From Adineta vaga (Eukaryota > Animalia > Rotifera): 64,000 nt of DNA. Below are positions 26,396-41,179 of this stretch, piece by piece (within the stretch, counting starts at the first letter, position 1; each line of letters begins with the position of its first letter). The DNA is taken from NCBI GenBank assembly GCA_021613535.1, contig CP075496.1:13206001-13270000 (forward strand), read 5' to 3'. Under the pieces are notes generated by a model, which saw nothing but the letters and a program-made list of their open reading frames with translations, ran no database searches and was not told the origin of the DNA. The position numbers and the translations under genes were made by a program.

Positions 26396-28914
26396 AACCC
26401 AAAATACCCTTTACTACACCTTTTTATCATCAATGTAAAGCGTAACTAAATGTATGATTATTATAATTCGTTTTATCAACATCTGTTAACCTTTCATAGT
26501 CTTGTTCACATTTAAAAAAAATATAATTTAGTTTTATGTTGTATTTAATCAGAATCATAGATGAATAAATAAAAAATTTTACTTGTCCTTTAATGCTTTC
26601 TTTTGAAATAAAAATATTTATCAAAATGAACCCATGTCATATAGAAAGTTTGATTTAAAAATATGGTTATTATTTTCGATTCTACTACAGTTGTACATAA
26701 GATGGATTTCATATCGTAATACTTTTAATAAATACACAGATTATTTCATAGTGGTTAAATCAATTCTTTCGGTCTGTACTATGTGATCTATACGAGGTCA
26801 TTTTCACTTTATTATTAAATTAAATATTATTACACGGGATGTTAGACGTGTGTCGAAGAAGTATTTCATAACTAGGTTGTTTAAAGGAAAACGTTATTGA
26901 TCAATGCACTTTTGAAAAAATATCCAGATATTACAATTTGTGAAAACTCGTCAACTCACTGCAACATTTTTATCTATCAGGAGTCTGATGATCTCTGAAA
27001 TAAGTTGATCATTTTCTTACCAATGTGACAGAAAAAAGTAACTTCACAAATATATACAAAATTGTCTGTATGATAATATCTCGTTTGTCGATTTAGACTT
27101 TATTGTCATAAAGATAAGAGAATTTAAATATATAGAGATATAAAACTAAAATCTAGGATCGAAGAAAAGTTGTTCTTGTGTCAATATTTTATTAATTGAT
27201 TCGTGTCAGATTCTTTACCTTTCTGACAACATATTTACCTTTATTCAAAAATCTTTTATTCCGTAGTTTAATATCATAAAAGAATATTCTCATTATGCCT
27301 GTTAAAATCTAACACATATCCAAAGATAATCTTAACTTTTACTTCATATTGAAATTCCGACACATTTTTTTTATTTCCATCATCAGGTAAGAACTTCACT
27401 TCAAAACTCTTCTACAAAATTCTTTGAACATATAATCAACCATATGAGTTTTCTACAACGAAAGACAATGCTTTTCCTGAAAAATTAAATCTGAATAAAA
27501 GAATTATCTCTCAGTTGTTCGACAAAGAAATTCAATAGACAGCTTTCATATTTACTTGATAAGTACAAATGACATAGTAGAATTACTTTATTTTAACGCG
27601 TTCTTTTTTTCTCTTCGAAAGTTGTTCATATCAATATCGTCAAGAATTTGTTCATAAAGTTCTGCGGTTTTTTTTGAATAAAAAAATTATCAAAACATAT
27701 GCACAGATGTTCTAATTTTCACAACGAATGTATTGAACAACCGTTTGTTTTCTACGTCTGCAGAAGACCATAATCTGATTATACTTAAATACACGATTTG
27801 TAAGTAACATTTTCCGAGATGTTGAGTATTTGATTATTAGAGAGAGAGAGAGAGAAACTTTCTATTTTGTTTTCAATAATAGGGTACTGATTTATGTCAA
27901 AGTTATGTTGCTTTTCACGTCGAAGAAGTGTGCTTTATGCAAGAACAGATGAAAATAGAAATAAAATGTCGCAGAATATGTTTTTTGCTTAGTCAGAACA
28001 GTGTCGATAGAAATTGAATTGATCCTGCGGAAAATTCTTTTTCTGTTGATTAGAAGAATGATGTTACATTTACGTTTTTAAACAAGGTAATATCATAAGA
28101 AAACAAACAACTTTTGCGACGTATTATATGCGCAAAAGAAACTTTTTGAGAATTTGTTTTTGATTTCATCTGTCGTTTTTTTCTTCTCTTTATCATTAAT
28201 ATAAATCAACATTTTGATTTAAGTTTTCATCAGCATTGGTAATTTTATTGTTGAGTCTCGTTTTTCTTCTTCTTCTTCTTCTTCTATAGGTTTCATCCGA
28301 ACTGATCGATGCAAAGTAAGTTATATGTTGTAAAGTAGGTCGGTCTCCTGCATTGTGACAACATTCAACTGATTGTGTGAAAAAAAATGAGACGATAGGC
28401 GAGAGAAAGAAAAAAGTTTCGTATTTCAACTTTGTTGTTTTTCTCTCATTCTTCTCGCATGCCAACCACGTCCATTGCCATGCATGTTTTACCTCATTTC
28501 ATTGTTCTAACGATTAACTTTCAAAATCATAATGATCATTTTCTGTATAGAAAATTTCCTTCTCTGTAGATTTGAACATTTATCTTCAGTTTTTGCAAAC
28601 CTTTTCTTGCTTAATAGAGAAGTCCAGGATATAATATACAACTATGAATTGCCATGTAAATTCTATGAAGAAAAGAAACATTGATTTCAAATATGTCGCT
28701 CACCATTTTATTCGTTTGAAGTAAAAAAAAGAACTTTTTATAGTTCAACTTTCTTCTTCTCCTGCTTTAACACTCTTGAGTTTTTTTTCTTCTTCTAATC
28801 ATCAATGTGATTGTTTGCACAGGTTGCTATTTGTTTCTCCGTCGATAAGTATGTATGTTTATATTTCAGATGTAGGTATTGTATAGAAAATAAGTTTTCA
28901 TATGTATTTATATA

Positions 28915-31648
28915 ATGGCGATTAAACGTAAAGATTTTCAAAAGACATCATCAATTATACTCGAATTTTTACTTAAATTACCTGATGAAGAAACAAGTTC
29001 ACGCTTACGTGATACACTTCTACATGGTCTTCATTTTCTACAACAATATTATTTAATTTTACAAAAACGTGATAAAGAACAAAAACCTTTACAATGGACA
29101 ATTGAACGTGGTCTAAGCCCACTGACACCATTTCGTGAAGCACCTGATAAATTTGAATGGCCATGGATTGATGTTGAATCTAATAAAGTCAAACAAACAT
29201 TACCAAAACATTCATTAAATGATTTTGTTACATTATCACCTATTATCATGGCTGTACGTGAAGGTGATCTACGTTATGTAAAAGAATTATTAAATTCCAA
29301 CCCTGAGTTAATCGATCGTGTAGATGCTTTTGGTCGTGATTTATTAACTTATGCTGTTCAATATCAACAAGTTAATATTCTACGATATCTATTATCCGAA
29401 TGTAAACCAGCAGCAAATATTAATATTCAAGCAAATGATGGTTCAACTTGTTTACATCGTGCATGTTATAGTGATGAAACACAACAATGTAATATTGATG
29501 TCGTACGAATTTTATTAGAAAATAATGCTGATGTAACGAAACAAGATGTACATTTGCGATCACCATTACATTGGGCTGTTTTAGCTGAAAATACGGATTG
29601 TTTAAAAAGTTTACTGGATTTTAATGCTGATATACATGCGAAAGATGCAGATGGAATGACAGCACAGCTATGTGGGCTTGTCATCTTGATCGTTATGAAC
29701 ATTTCAAAGTATGAATTGTGATTGTAATTGAAATTTATTTGTCCTTCTTTTTCTTCTTTAGGAATTATCACGGCATATGAATGGTACAATAGAAAAAGAT
29801 GATGATGGTCGCACATGGATTCATCATAGTGTTCGTAAAACTGAACCATTACAATGTTTAAAATTATTATTATCATCGGAAACAATGCAACTACGTGATA
29901 ATGATGGTCGAACATGTTTACATGTTGCTGCTGAACAAGGTTCAGTACATGCATGTCGTCTAATCTTTGATATGAATGTTCAACTTAATAATTCATCTTA
30001 TATACACGATGGAGATAAGTATCGTCAAACGTCGCTTCATTTAGCAACTAAAAATGGTCATGCACGTGTATTAAAAGAATTATTAGATCACGGTGCTGAT
30101 CCACATCTTAAAGGTACTGATAATTTTGTCAATTTGTATTTATTTTCTTGATCATTAGTGTAATTCTGACATTTTATATTTTCTTTAGATATTCACGGTG
30201 TATCAGCGTTTGATTATGCACAAAATCGTGGTCTTTATTTTTGTCGAAGTGTGTTTGAAGTTTATCTTCGTGATAAAAATCTCAATAGTTATGAAAGTCA
30301 ATCATTGACAGCACGCCTTATGAATACTACCACTACGAATATGATCAAAATGAATGGATCTGATGTAACACCAACACCACCCGTAATTGGACATGCGAAA
30401 TTTACTCGTCATAATAGTCGTCGTAATATGACAGGATCATTACCACAACCGATGCGTTCATCACCTAATCTCTCGAATGAAACATTTGCTCATACAACGA
30501 CAACAACAGGAAATCATCCAAATAGTTTCTCTACAACATTGATGCGACCTGATAACGGTGATGATGATGGCGATGATAATCATCATAATAATACTGACAC
30601 TAGTTGGCAACGTCATCGACCGCCTTCATCATCAACAACGAATTCAACGATGGCACCTCCAGTTAAACCTCGAAAGAGTTCCACAACACCGAATAGTTCA
30701 CTTGTCAATACATCAAAATCACAACGAAAATATCATCATCATCATGTTGTAATTACATCTGCTCATTCCGATGATGATGAACCGAATAGTTTGGATGGTT
30801 ATGGTGGTCAAAGTGATTTCGATGATGAACATGAGGATGCACAATTACATTCACCTAGACCTTCTCGACCAAGTTCTCGTCTTTCATCACGTAATAATGA
30901 CGATCGATTACAACAACAACAACAACAACAATCAAATCCAATGCTTCGTCGGCCACACTACAAACAATCAAAACATGCCAATCGACAGTCGATCTATGAT
31001 GATTATCGTTATATTGAAGAACAACAACAACAACAACAAACATTAGCTTCCGCAAGAGCAAGACGGCGAAATCGTTCAGCAGCAACAAAAGAACTTCCAC
31101 AACCATCATCAAATCGTCTTGGATCAGGTAGCGGTAATCAATCAGCAACAAATCGACTAAAATCTGGCTCGAAATCAGGTTCTAATGAATCAAGTCCTTC
31201 TCTTGACCTAACTGTTGCTGGACAAAAAGTTTTTCGAAATCGACAACAAATGGAGACTTATCATTCACAACAATCGATACCACCGAATAATATGCGACCA
31301 CCAAGTGGTCGTCTGAAACCGATTAGTAGTGCAAAATCAACTTCTTCATATACCGATGATTTTTCTCCGATGTCACCAAGAACACCAGAAGAAACGACAC
31401 ATACTACCAAGGCAGCATCAGCATTACCAACAAGAGCACATTTGTATAAAAAGAGACTTGCTCCATTAACGAATAGTAATGAAATCTTGAACAAAAAACA
31501 TGCAAATCGTTCGTCAATGGAACAGCAACCATATATGGTTGATGATGTACCTTCTGATAGATCTGAAGAAACAAGTGGTGGAACGCATACAGGAGGAAGA
31601 GATATTAGATCATCAAGCGGTAGTGATAAACGCTCAAAACATCATTAA
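28915..31648 (+). CDS. Ankyrin-repeat protein with a long disordered C-terminus; exons 28915-29708, 29762-30113, 30189-31648; apparent frameshift near 29660
   Basis: Repeated ankyrin motifs (DGSTCLHRAC, RSPLHWAV, DGRTCLHVAAEQG, QTSLHLATKNGH); Ser/Gln/Arg-rich tail. Confidence 0.82.
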
Positions 31649-31931
31649 TCTTCTATTTATTTCATCTTTCGTTTTTTTTCGCTGGCTTTGCTTCAATTTT
31701 TCAAAGAAGAAAAAAATCCGTCCAAATTCTTTTTTTTTGTATATGTATTTTTGATATAACAAAAACCAAAATAACAATGAGTGAATAAAATGTGTGTTTT
31801 TTATCATTTTCTTCTCTTCTCTGTATGAAAGAAATGAACAAGAACATCAAACAACAACAACAACAAAATAAAATCTTATCTTTCATTTTTCTTTTGTTTC
31901 ATTCTACACTTATTTTATCACATAGTCTATT

Positions 31932-34586
31932 ATGAATAGTGGTATGCGTAGTGATAAGTTGTTTGACGAATATTATGCCGAGAATATTCCAACATATCGC
32001 ATAAACTGTTCATCTAGATTAGCAACCAATTCAACGAATAAGTATCTACGTTATTCACATATACCATTGACTCAAAAAAACACTGATTTACAAAAAAAAC
32101 AATATCCACATACTATCAATCAGCATTCTAAATATCTATATAATCCTCAACAACATTCAAATCTTAGCACAAACAATCGTTTATACGGAAAATCTTCGTC
32201 AACAGCATATTATGATAGTATTCGTGCACGAGTTTATCTAAATACATCGATGCATATACAATCAAAATCATCCACACGATCTCAAGTAGATCAAATCAAA
32301 TAATCTATCAAATAGTTTTCTATTCATCTTCTTATAGCTTCCGAATTATGAATCCAAGTTACTATCTAATCAAGCTTCAATGAAATATCATGATGATCCA
32401 TCACTTGAGTATCCGAAGTATACAATAGATTTACTTATTGAACGATTAATACCAACTGATACTTATAAACCAAAGGTTATCTCAGTCGTTTCTTTTTTTA
32501 CGCTTTGATCTTAAATAGTTTTACTAGTAAAATTCAATTGAACAAGAACATTTTCTTTTCGATTTAGATAACGTGACATTTTCATAGAATTCTTATCTTC
32601 TTTTAGGAAACATTCCTTTACTCAATGATTATGTGTTCCAGATTGCATATTCGACCATCTTTATTATTGAATAAAATCGCATATTTAACTATTATTTCAT
32701 TGAGAAAACTTACTTATGTATGTTTGATTATCGAACTTATTCTTCATATTATTTTCAATATGTCTCTTTTTACAGGATCGAAGTGTTCGAATTCTACAAA
32801 ATTTTCTCGATATATTATTGCAATGGACTGAAACATTTCCCTATGATTTTCGTAACATAGAAATGATGTCGCAATTAGAAGAACTTCAACGAAAAATTAG
32901 TGTATACGAACCAACATTTCCTTCCATTATCAATCGTATCGATAAACAACTTCGTTCAAAAGTAAATTAAATGCAAATAACAATTCAATTTTATAGTATT
33001 ATATTCTTTCTAGCTCGAAATATTAGACGATTATGAAGAATATATTCGACAATTAAATATAAGATCTTCGAAATCTCTTACTCTAACAGCATTATCTGTA
33101 TGAATATCTCATCCATAGAATCCTTATCGTTTTCTTTCATTTTCTTAGACAGATATTATTTATGAATGTTCAACATCAATCTTATTTGCTCAACAAGTAA
33201 CTCATATTGAATTGGTATGAAAATAGATGAATTCAAGCGAATTAACTTGATATAATTTCTTTTCTTTCATAGGATAGATTAAAACTAATTGGTCCAGAAG
33301 AATTAGTTCAATATTTTATAATGAAATCTGCTTCTGAAGAAGAACGTGCACATCCAAATCGAACGATAGATAGTGAAACAACAACATCCAATCAATCAAA
33401 GTCATCACATCATGTTCATGATACAAAGCTCACATATACTTTCGAAACTTACATACAATGGTTCAATCGTTTAACGTTTTTCGTTGCAACAGAAATTGTT
33501 AAACATACACAAAAACGTTTACGAATACAATTGATTAATTATTTCATCGATGCAGCTTATCATTGTTTACAAATATATAATTTTAATTCCATGTTTGCAA
33601 TTATTGGTAAGAAGAATAATCCTGGATTTTTCTTATTGAATGAGAAAAGGAAGTTCATGACTTTTAGTTTCAGACTTCCTTTCACCACATGTAGAACGGA
33701 TGTCGTGTATATATTTCACAGTAGAATTCCATGTTTTTACTATTGAAAACCTCGATGAGTAGTATATGTGAAAAAGTATACTCGTACAAAGTCTACCTTT
33801 AGTACATGTCATGGCTGTCTGATTCAAGTTAAAATGATTTGTATGTTTTCCAATTTGATTTTTATTTAGGTGGTCTAAGTATGCAACCAGTAAAACGTTT
33901 AAGAAAAACGGTAAATTTTTTTATTTCAATGTTACAAATTTCAATATACTTTTTAGTGGGAAAAAATCTCACTGGAGACATTCAATCAACTTGAACAATT
34001 CAAAAATGTTTCAAAGAATTTTGCTAATTATCGTAATGCATTAAAAACAGCTATGAATGAAGCAGAGAATCATCGATGGCAACTTGATCATATAGTTATA
34101 CCGTTTACTAGTCTTGTTTCACAAGATGTATATTTTATTAAAACACGTAGTAAAGATTATACAACAGAAGGTGGCATTAATTTACAAGTATGTTAAGAGA
34201 AAAAAAATCATGAAAAGTATCATTGATTGTTTTATAGAAATATTATGCAATAACAAAATGTATCTTTGAAGAATTTATCGAATGTAAACAGAGTAATGTA
34301 TGTTTATTTATAGAATATCAATAGTTTGTATTCAAATGAGACGAAGAAAAAGAAAACGATCTTTTTTTTTAGTGTTCATTTCAACGAAATGATAAAATTA
34401 TTAATTATATAATTACATCTCCGACATTCAATGAAGATTGTAAGAAAATGATTTCTATTTTCCTTGTTTATAAATTCAATTTTAGCTTTAATGCTTGCTT
34501 CATTCGAATGTGAGCCAGCTACAACACCACATGAAACGAAGATATTAACAAAACTTCAAGAAGAACATGAAAATCGAGCCAGATAA
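31932..34586 (+). CDS. RASGEF1: RasGEF domain-containing family 1 protein (REM + CDC25 domains), multi-exon
   Basis: LLIERLIP, SRLHIRP, LLQWTETFPYDFR, AQQVTHIELDRL..IGPEE, YIQWFNRLTFFVATEIV, NFNSMFAIIGGLSMQPVKRLRKTW, VIPF...LVSQDVYFI, LASFECEP; the WTETFPYDFR motif is typical of RasGEF1. Confidence 0.85.
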
Positions 34587-36054
34587 GATGGTGTTGTTTT
34601 TCTTCTTGCATCGATATACTTTTATTCATCATATTTTCATTTGTCATATTATTTGATGAAAAAAACGAAAAGCATACGAATTTTCTTTGGTGTTCTTTTT
34701 CATTTATCAACCCTCTTTTCATACGTAGATTGCTAAATCGAGAAGAAAAACAACGATTCCTTGCACTTTTTCTTTCTTTCTTGTATATATTATGAATTTG
34801 CTTAAATAACAGTACAGGTTATTTTTTTTTAATATATATTCTCTTTACATTTTGCTCGAACAGTTAGTAAACTGCATTTGATGTTTTGTAAGTCGGTTAG
34901 TGTTACGTATATATGTACATAGTCAAAGTGAATTGCCTATGCCACCTTTATATTCTCTTTTGAAATATGATGTATTTGGCATGTCTTGTTATTCAATAAA
35001 TGTAGTCGAATCAAGAAGGTATACAAACGATTATTATGCTGTTTTGGTCATTCGAATTTTCTTTTTTATTTATGAATACATGTCATTGTATGTATGAGAC
35101 ATTTGTCGCATTAAATTAAATGTTTAGGAAGAATCATATGGTGGCCTTTTCATGTGTAAAGGATTGTTGACGACCTATTGTGTCGAAAGAATGAGAGAAC
35201 AGACCACCTCTTTTTTTCTTCTTTCTCATCATATAAATATACATTCGAATAAAAATAATCGTTTTGAACCATATCGATAAAGAGAAAAAGAGAAGGAGGA
35301 GGCAGAGACAGAGAGAGAGAGAGAAGTCGTCAATAATAATGTATATATATATAAGACGGATCAGGTATATGTATATATATATATTCATATTCGACTACTG
35401 TAAAATAGTAGAGGACACCTACTGTGATCGACAACAAATGCAAGGTGCGTTTTTTCTTCTTTTAAGACTGTCTTTGGTAATATTTACTGATGGTAATGCT
35501 GTCGATGAAATAAAACCCAATGCAAAACTTCTTTCAATATATTCTTCCTTACCTTTATCGAACGATGATGATTTTACTCTTTCATTTTTCTTCCATCAGA
35601 GCATATAAAATGAAATACTTGATCGAGTTGTCTCTTTGGTATTCAATCTCTATGACTGTTTAGTTTAATCTCATAAAGCTTGAATACCGGAGGATGACTC
35701 GAACAAAAAGATAATCATGAATTTATGTGTTTTTTTTTGCGTTATTTTCTTTGTTTGTTATATACACGTAAACGAACAAAACGAACATGTAGATGGCAAT
35801 CTAATATGAGGCGAATGCTAGACACATGCAAAAAGAGAAAAGATTGGTATTTTTTTTTCGATAAATATGTTTTTTTTTTCTTTGCACTTTGACTTCTTTT
35901 ATTATTTTTTTTCTCTCTGATATGATGATGATGATGCCTTTGGATTTAGAGAATGGTCAAAGCAAAGGATTGTTTTAAACATTGGATTTGCTGATTATAA
36001 AAATGACAATACATGGATTTTTCTTGATTATGAAGTATTTTGTTGTTCAGGATT

Positions 36055-37167
36055 TTATTCAGCAACGGATGAATTTGGCAATGGTGGAATAGAATCTGTT
36101 GATAATAAATGTGATTGAATTTGTTGACAATATGCAAAATCAGGATAAGATTTGCAGAGATTTTCAATTTCAGGATATTGCTACGAGAGGAGAGAGAGAG
36201 AGAAATGAATTAAATAATTAAAGCAAAAGATTTGTCTTACTCCTTTCTGAATTTGTGAAACTTTTCGCTCGCAAAAATGATTTGTATCAACTGAATTCTT
36301 TCCTGTTTTTATTATACACATTTGCATAATCAATTTTTGTTCGAGCTATAAGATAGAAATTGCATTTCGAAAGGATTTATTTGATGCATTTTATGTCACA
36401 AGAAAATATACATACGTCAGTTTCAGTATTCATGTCTTCGTCTTGGAGATGCACGCGTTCATCTTCATGAAGGCTACGTGCAAGTCGTCGATAAATAAAT
36501 CTCTAAAACAACAATTCGTTGAAAAATCGATGAATTCAATCTTCTGTTTTTTTCTATATCGATTTATAAATTACCTTAGCTCCAGCATTTTGGGTGATAG
36601 CCAATTGTCCATTGACATCGCTACAATATCTCATTCCGGCACCGATTGTCTGGCAATAGTAGGTCAAAAATGGAAACGTCTGTCAAAGAAAAAAAACACA
36701 ATAAAACTTTTCGATCGAAAGTGCGTATGTTAATATGAAATCAACATGTCTTTCTTCTATCAACCTTCGGGCAAAGTTGATCTGACTAAGAGTACAATTA
36801 TGTAGATAATTACAGAAATATTCTATCAAGAACCTTTTCTAGGATTACTTACACCCATAAGTGCCGACCGTAATGTTTGATCACAGAGATCTTGAATAAG
36901 CTGGTTGGTTTTCTCTGCTGAACATGTACCAACAATAAAGTTAGTTAACTATATTGATAGAAATAAATAATTGAGAAAGAAAAGAAAAAACAAGCAGAAA
37001 TAAACATACATCATATTCGGTTAATTCACGTTTGGAGAGCCGGTACTAAGCAAGAATAATGAGAAAAATCAGTTGACATAGAATTTTAAATCACTTACTT
37101 GATGTGTTGGTTGAAAGAAAACAACGCCGATAATAAGTACAAGTATAGTGAATATTGGAGAGTTCAT
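36055..37167 (-). CDS. Novel secreted precursor with signal peptide, KR sites and two homologous 4-Cys domains; 7 exons (37167-37099, 37045-37010, 36948-36853, 36679-36575, 36502-36416, 36345-36241, 36180-36055)
   Basis: All exons are phase 0 with clean GT-AG ends and give MNSPIFTILVLIIGVVFFQPTHQ-YRLSKR...CSAEKTNQLIQDLCDQTLRSALMG/TFPFLTYYCQTIGAGMRYC...AKRF...CIIKTGKNSVDTNHFCERKVSQIQKG/QYPEIENLCKSYPDFAYC...*. Confidence 0.7.
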
Positions 37168-40100
37168 TCCGACGACAAATTTATTGACGACGAAGTAACG
37201 ATGATGATGATGATTATGACGAGGAAATAGAAATGCAAAAATGGATGAGGACAACCTATAACACAACGAGATAACGTAACGTAAGAATTTTAATGTCAAT
37301 TATTTCTTCTTAGTATCAGTGAAACTCATTCTAACGTGAAATATATGAACATGATTAACAATTAGTAGGGAAAAAAAGGACATTTGATAATCATTTCTCA
37401 ATGAAATTCTTTTCCTATTCTTCTTGTCGTATATATGGAGTTACACGTTAGAATTGATTAGCTTGTTAATGACTTTTTGAGAGAGAAAAAGAAACGAGTA
37501 CGATTATCTTTGACTATTCTAAGCGACAAACTTACCAATGAAACAAAGATGACAAGAATCGATAATGAATTCAAGAACAAAACTGTATTGTATTTCAGTT
37601 ACTATCTAGTTTAATACAGATTTTTTCTCATCGCCTGTTCTTTTGTCATTTACGTTCTTGTTAATAGTAGTAAAGAAGAAGAAGAAGAAGAAGAAGAAAA
37701 AAGAAAGATAAATGAGAAAATAACAATAGATGAAAAAGAAATATATGTTTCTCTCTCTTTCCCTCTCTCTCTTTCTCTCTCTCTCTCTTTTTCCTAACAA
37801 ATACTTGTCGACTCGACGGAGTGTATATCTTAAGTCACTAAAAGAAGATAACGAATAACATAAATTCAGGAAATTCATTAGTATAAAAGTGATCTTAGTC
37901 AAGTAATATTTAACACATACTGTTCCATAGAATAATTGACAAGAAAAAGAAAAAACAGTCATATTTTTCTTACATACATTCTCTTTTCTCTGGATGTCAT
38001 TTTCTCCAATTCGTTGAGAAAAAACATACCAAATATTATTCTTATTAGGAAACAACTAGGGCATTCTTTCATGCTTAACATACTAATATTTAATATAAAT
38101 GAAACGACTAACGACTAAAAAAAGATGATCAAAAGATTAGACGATCACATATTTAGTATTAATCACTATTTATACGCCAAGTAGAATTTTCTCCCCCGCA
38201 GACAACTTTCATGCATTTTAAGAAGACAAAAGTATTCATGCGATAGGCGAAAGTTATGATATTGCCTAATTTATTAGAGGAAAAAACAAGGTTTTAGAGA
38301 TTTCCTCGTCATTCCTTATTTTCATAAAAACAACTTCACGAGAAATTATGATACTTCACTTAATGTGTCTCATAATATAATTCTAAATTCTAATTGAGTT
38401 CAATGAATAGAAAAAGAAGAAGAAAAAATCAAGTCAATATGCTCGTTTTTTTTTCTACCTTAGAAACATTTTTTTTGCTTTTCATTGAAGATAATAGAAC
38501 GAACTTTCTTGAAAAAAGAGAACAACATACCTTTCTTTATTCTTTAGTAATATGGGCAAGTCTATGCTATTCGAATGTCAATTGTGGGTTGATCTATTGG
38601 GTTCTGTCTAATCATATATTATTGTTTTTATGTTCTTTATAAATGGATAATAAGGGAATAGGACGAGAAGATCGTAAATAAAAATTTTCTATTATATAAA
38701 ACAATAGATACAGAATATATTGATGTTTTTTTCCCGTTTTCTGATTGAATTCATTGGTGAAAATTGTAGAAGTACTTAACGAAAATGCTCAAAATCTAGA
38801 GGATGCATACATATTGTGGGTGGATCAATGCAAAACAAGATTCCAATTCTCCAAAGACTAACATAATCATATAAAAAACAAGCAGAAAATGAAGAGCAGT
38901 TTTGCGTAAGGAATAACGCGTAGATAGATTTCTATTCCTACTTAGTAAACTATTGATATTTATCTCATTGAACTCATTATTTCAACTGAATAGTTGCGAA
39001 TCTTGGTAGAAAACAAAAGAGAAGAAGATCAAAGAGAAGAACTAAAAAATTAGTTCATGTCTACTTAATAAAGTAAAAGTTTAAAGTATGGTTTGGAATT
39101 AGAAGATTATTAGAAAAAAATATATATATATTATTATTTTTCTCCCGTTTTGAAACCAAAGATTTATCGTGGGCATGACACGTGAGTAAGATGAATAAAA
39201 GTGTACACGACTAATTGGAATTATTGTCATCATCATCTTTTATGTGCGTGTTTCAGTGAATATTTGATTGTGCATGCGAATAAATCATCATTTTCATGTT
39301 GTTTCTTTGACAAAAATGTCTTTTTTTTTACTATTGAAAATATTACCTTAATTAATATAAAACAACGAGAAAAAACTTCGAAATGATGAAAAAACTCAAA
39401 TTCTACGTTTTCAGATGACGTCAACGATGTTTTCAAATTAAAAGTAATCTTTGTATCAACATGACCGTTGTTTTAAATAATCCACTCGATTAAATATAGC
39501 TTAAAGAGTAATTAAACATACTAAATATGGTGTGTGCTTCATGAGCATATCAAATATAACTTCTTTTTATGAATAATAACGATGAATACAGTCAACAAAT
39601 GTTCAAATTTTCCTCGAAAAACTATCAATCTTCAAGAATACAAAGCATGAGACATAATCTTTGACATATATAACTACAATGAAGAAACATTGTGATCTCT
39701 TCGACTTAGATCATTTTGTTTTTTCGAATCATTTGAAATGTTCATATTACTTTTTTAAACTCGTTTCGAGTGTTCTTTATTTTAAGGACAATCTTGCTGA
39801 AATAACTTTTAAATTAAACTAAACGTTCTTAACATAGGATATCTTGAGTCAAGATTAAAGTATTTCCGGAAGGAATCCGCGTTTTAATTGATATGACGCC
39901 AACGCATATTGATATGTCTTTTCATAGTTTCTCGATGATGCACATGGATGAGTAGTTTATGTAATGTAATGAAAAGAATAAGATTCTGCATATGAGAAGA
40001 ACTGATTGGTGATTTTTTATAACGTAGACTTGTACTATTGTTGAAATATTTCAAATAGTTCAATGAACTTTGCGTTGATTTGCTGTTTGAATAAATATAG

Positions 40101-40411
40101 TCATTATCTTGTGTTACTGAATTCAAAGACGGAAATGATTCTAATAATACCTTTATCATCATTTGAAAGACTTGTCTAACAATAGAAATCAAATTTAAAA
40201 TAAAGAAATCTTTCTCGAGATTTTCATGAAAAATATTAAATCTTATATTTGTAATGATAAAATCTAACCGTATTGATTCATATTATACAAACAAATGACA
40301 TATCTGGCATTTTTCTTGACAGAATTCTTTGATCTATAATTAGAGCGATAGAAATACAAGAGAAGAATGAGGACAATTGAGTCTATCGATTGAATCGATA
40401 GTAAAATAGAG

Positions 40412-41179
40412 TCATTTCACAACATTCTTTTGCCATACTTGTTGTAAATCCATTTCTGACACAAGACTTGCTCGATGATGATTCTGTTGTACTAATGATA
40501 ATCTTTTGATGTTTTCTTTTGATATTTCTACTTGTTTGTTGTTCTTGTCAAGTAAAGCTTGAGTTCTTAATGATATAAATGATGGATTTCTCAATAAGAG
40601 TACTGCTAAATGCCACTTTCGAATTGCTCTTGATGAATAATCTTTCTTTTTTTGTTTCTCAATTTGAATTGTTGGTAAGATTGAATTATATTGTTGTGCT
40701 TTCATTCTCCCATATAAATAACTTGCACATACTAACATAATTGGATTACGATGAACAGCTTCAAATTGAATAAAACCACAATAAGCAGAAAATCCTGCAT
40801 CGAATGTTTCAAGTTTTCTTCCTAAAGGTGAATAATCAAGACGACACATGTATAAAAATCCACCAATGATACTTTTAATGATTCGTATAATCGATGAAAC
40901 TAAACCAAGAAATGCATCAAGAAAGAAATTAAAATATAAAAATATCATCAAAACACGACGATTATTGATCGCTAATATATCACCATAATGTTGTAAAAAG
41001 ACATATCTTGCTAAAATATTATTTAGATATTGTTTAAAAAAGATTAATAATAGAACAGGTATGATTTTTTTCAGAATTGTTTCAAGAAATTTAACACTAC
41101 CATATTGAATAAATGCAGCGATACACATATAGATAAGAAATGCAAATGCTGCTATTAATACATAACCCCAAGTAAGATA
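40412..41179 (-). pseudogene. 5'-truncated STRA6-like gene copy (3' about 255 codons)
   Basis: 40408-41160 appears identical to 57101-57853 (offset 16693); cut off at the hAT-like element at 41180. Confidence 0.85.

Noticed and set aside
37600-38060. ORFs over (GAA)n/(CT)n microsatellites, and similar ORFs at 3182-3540, 24898-25188 and 35134-35608
   Set aside because: Low-complexity UTR or intergenic sequence producing spurious ORFs
39884-40192. 102-aa minus-strand ORF
   Set aside because: No recognisable motif or convincing splice structure
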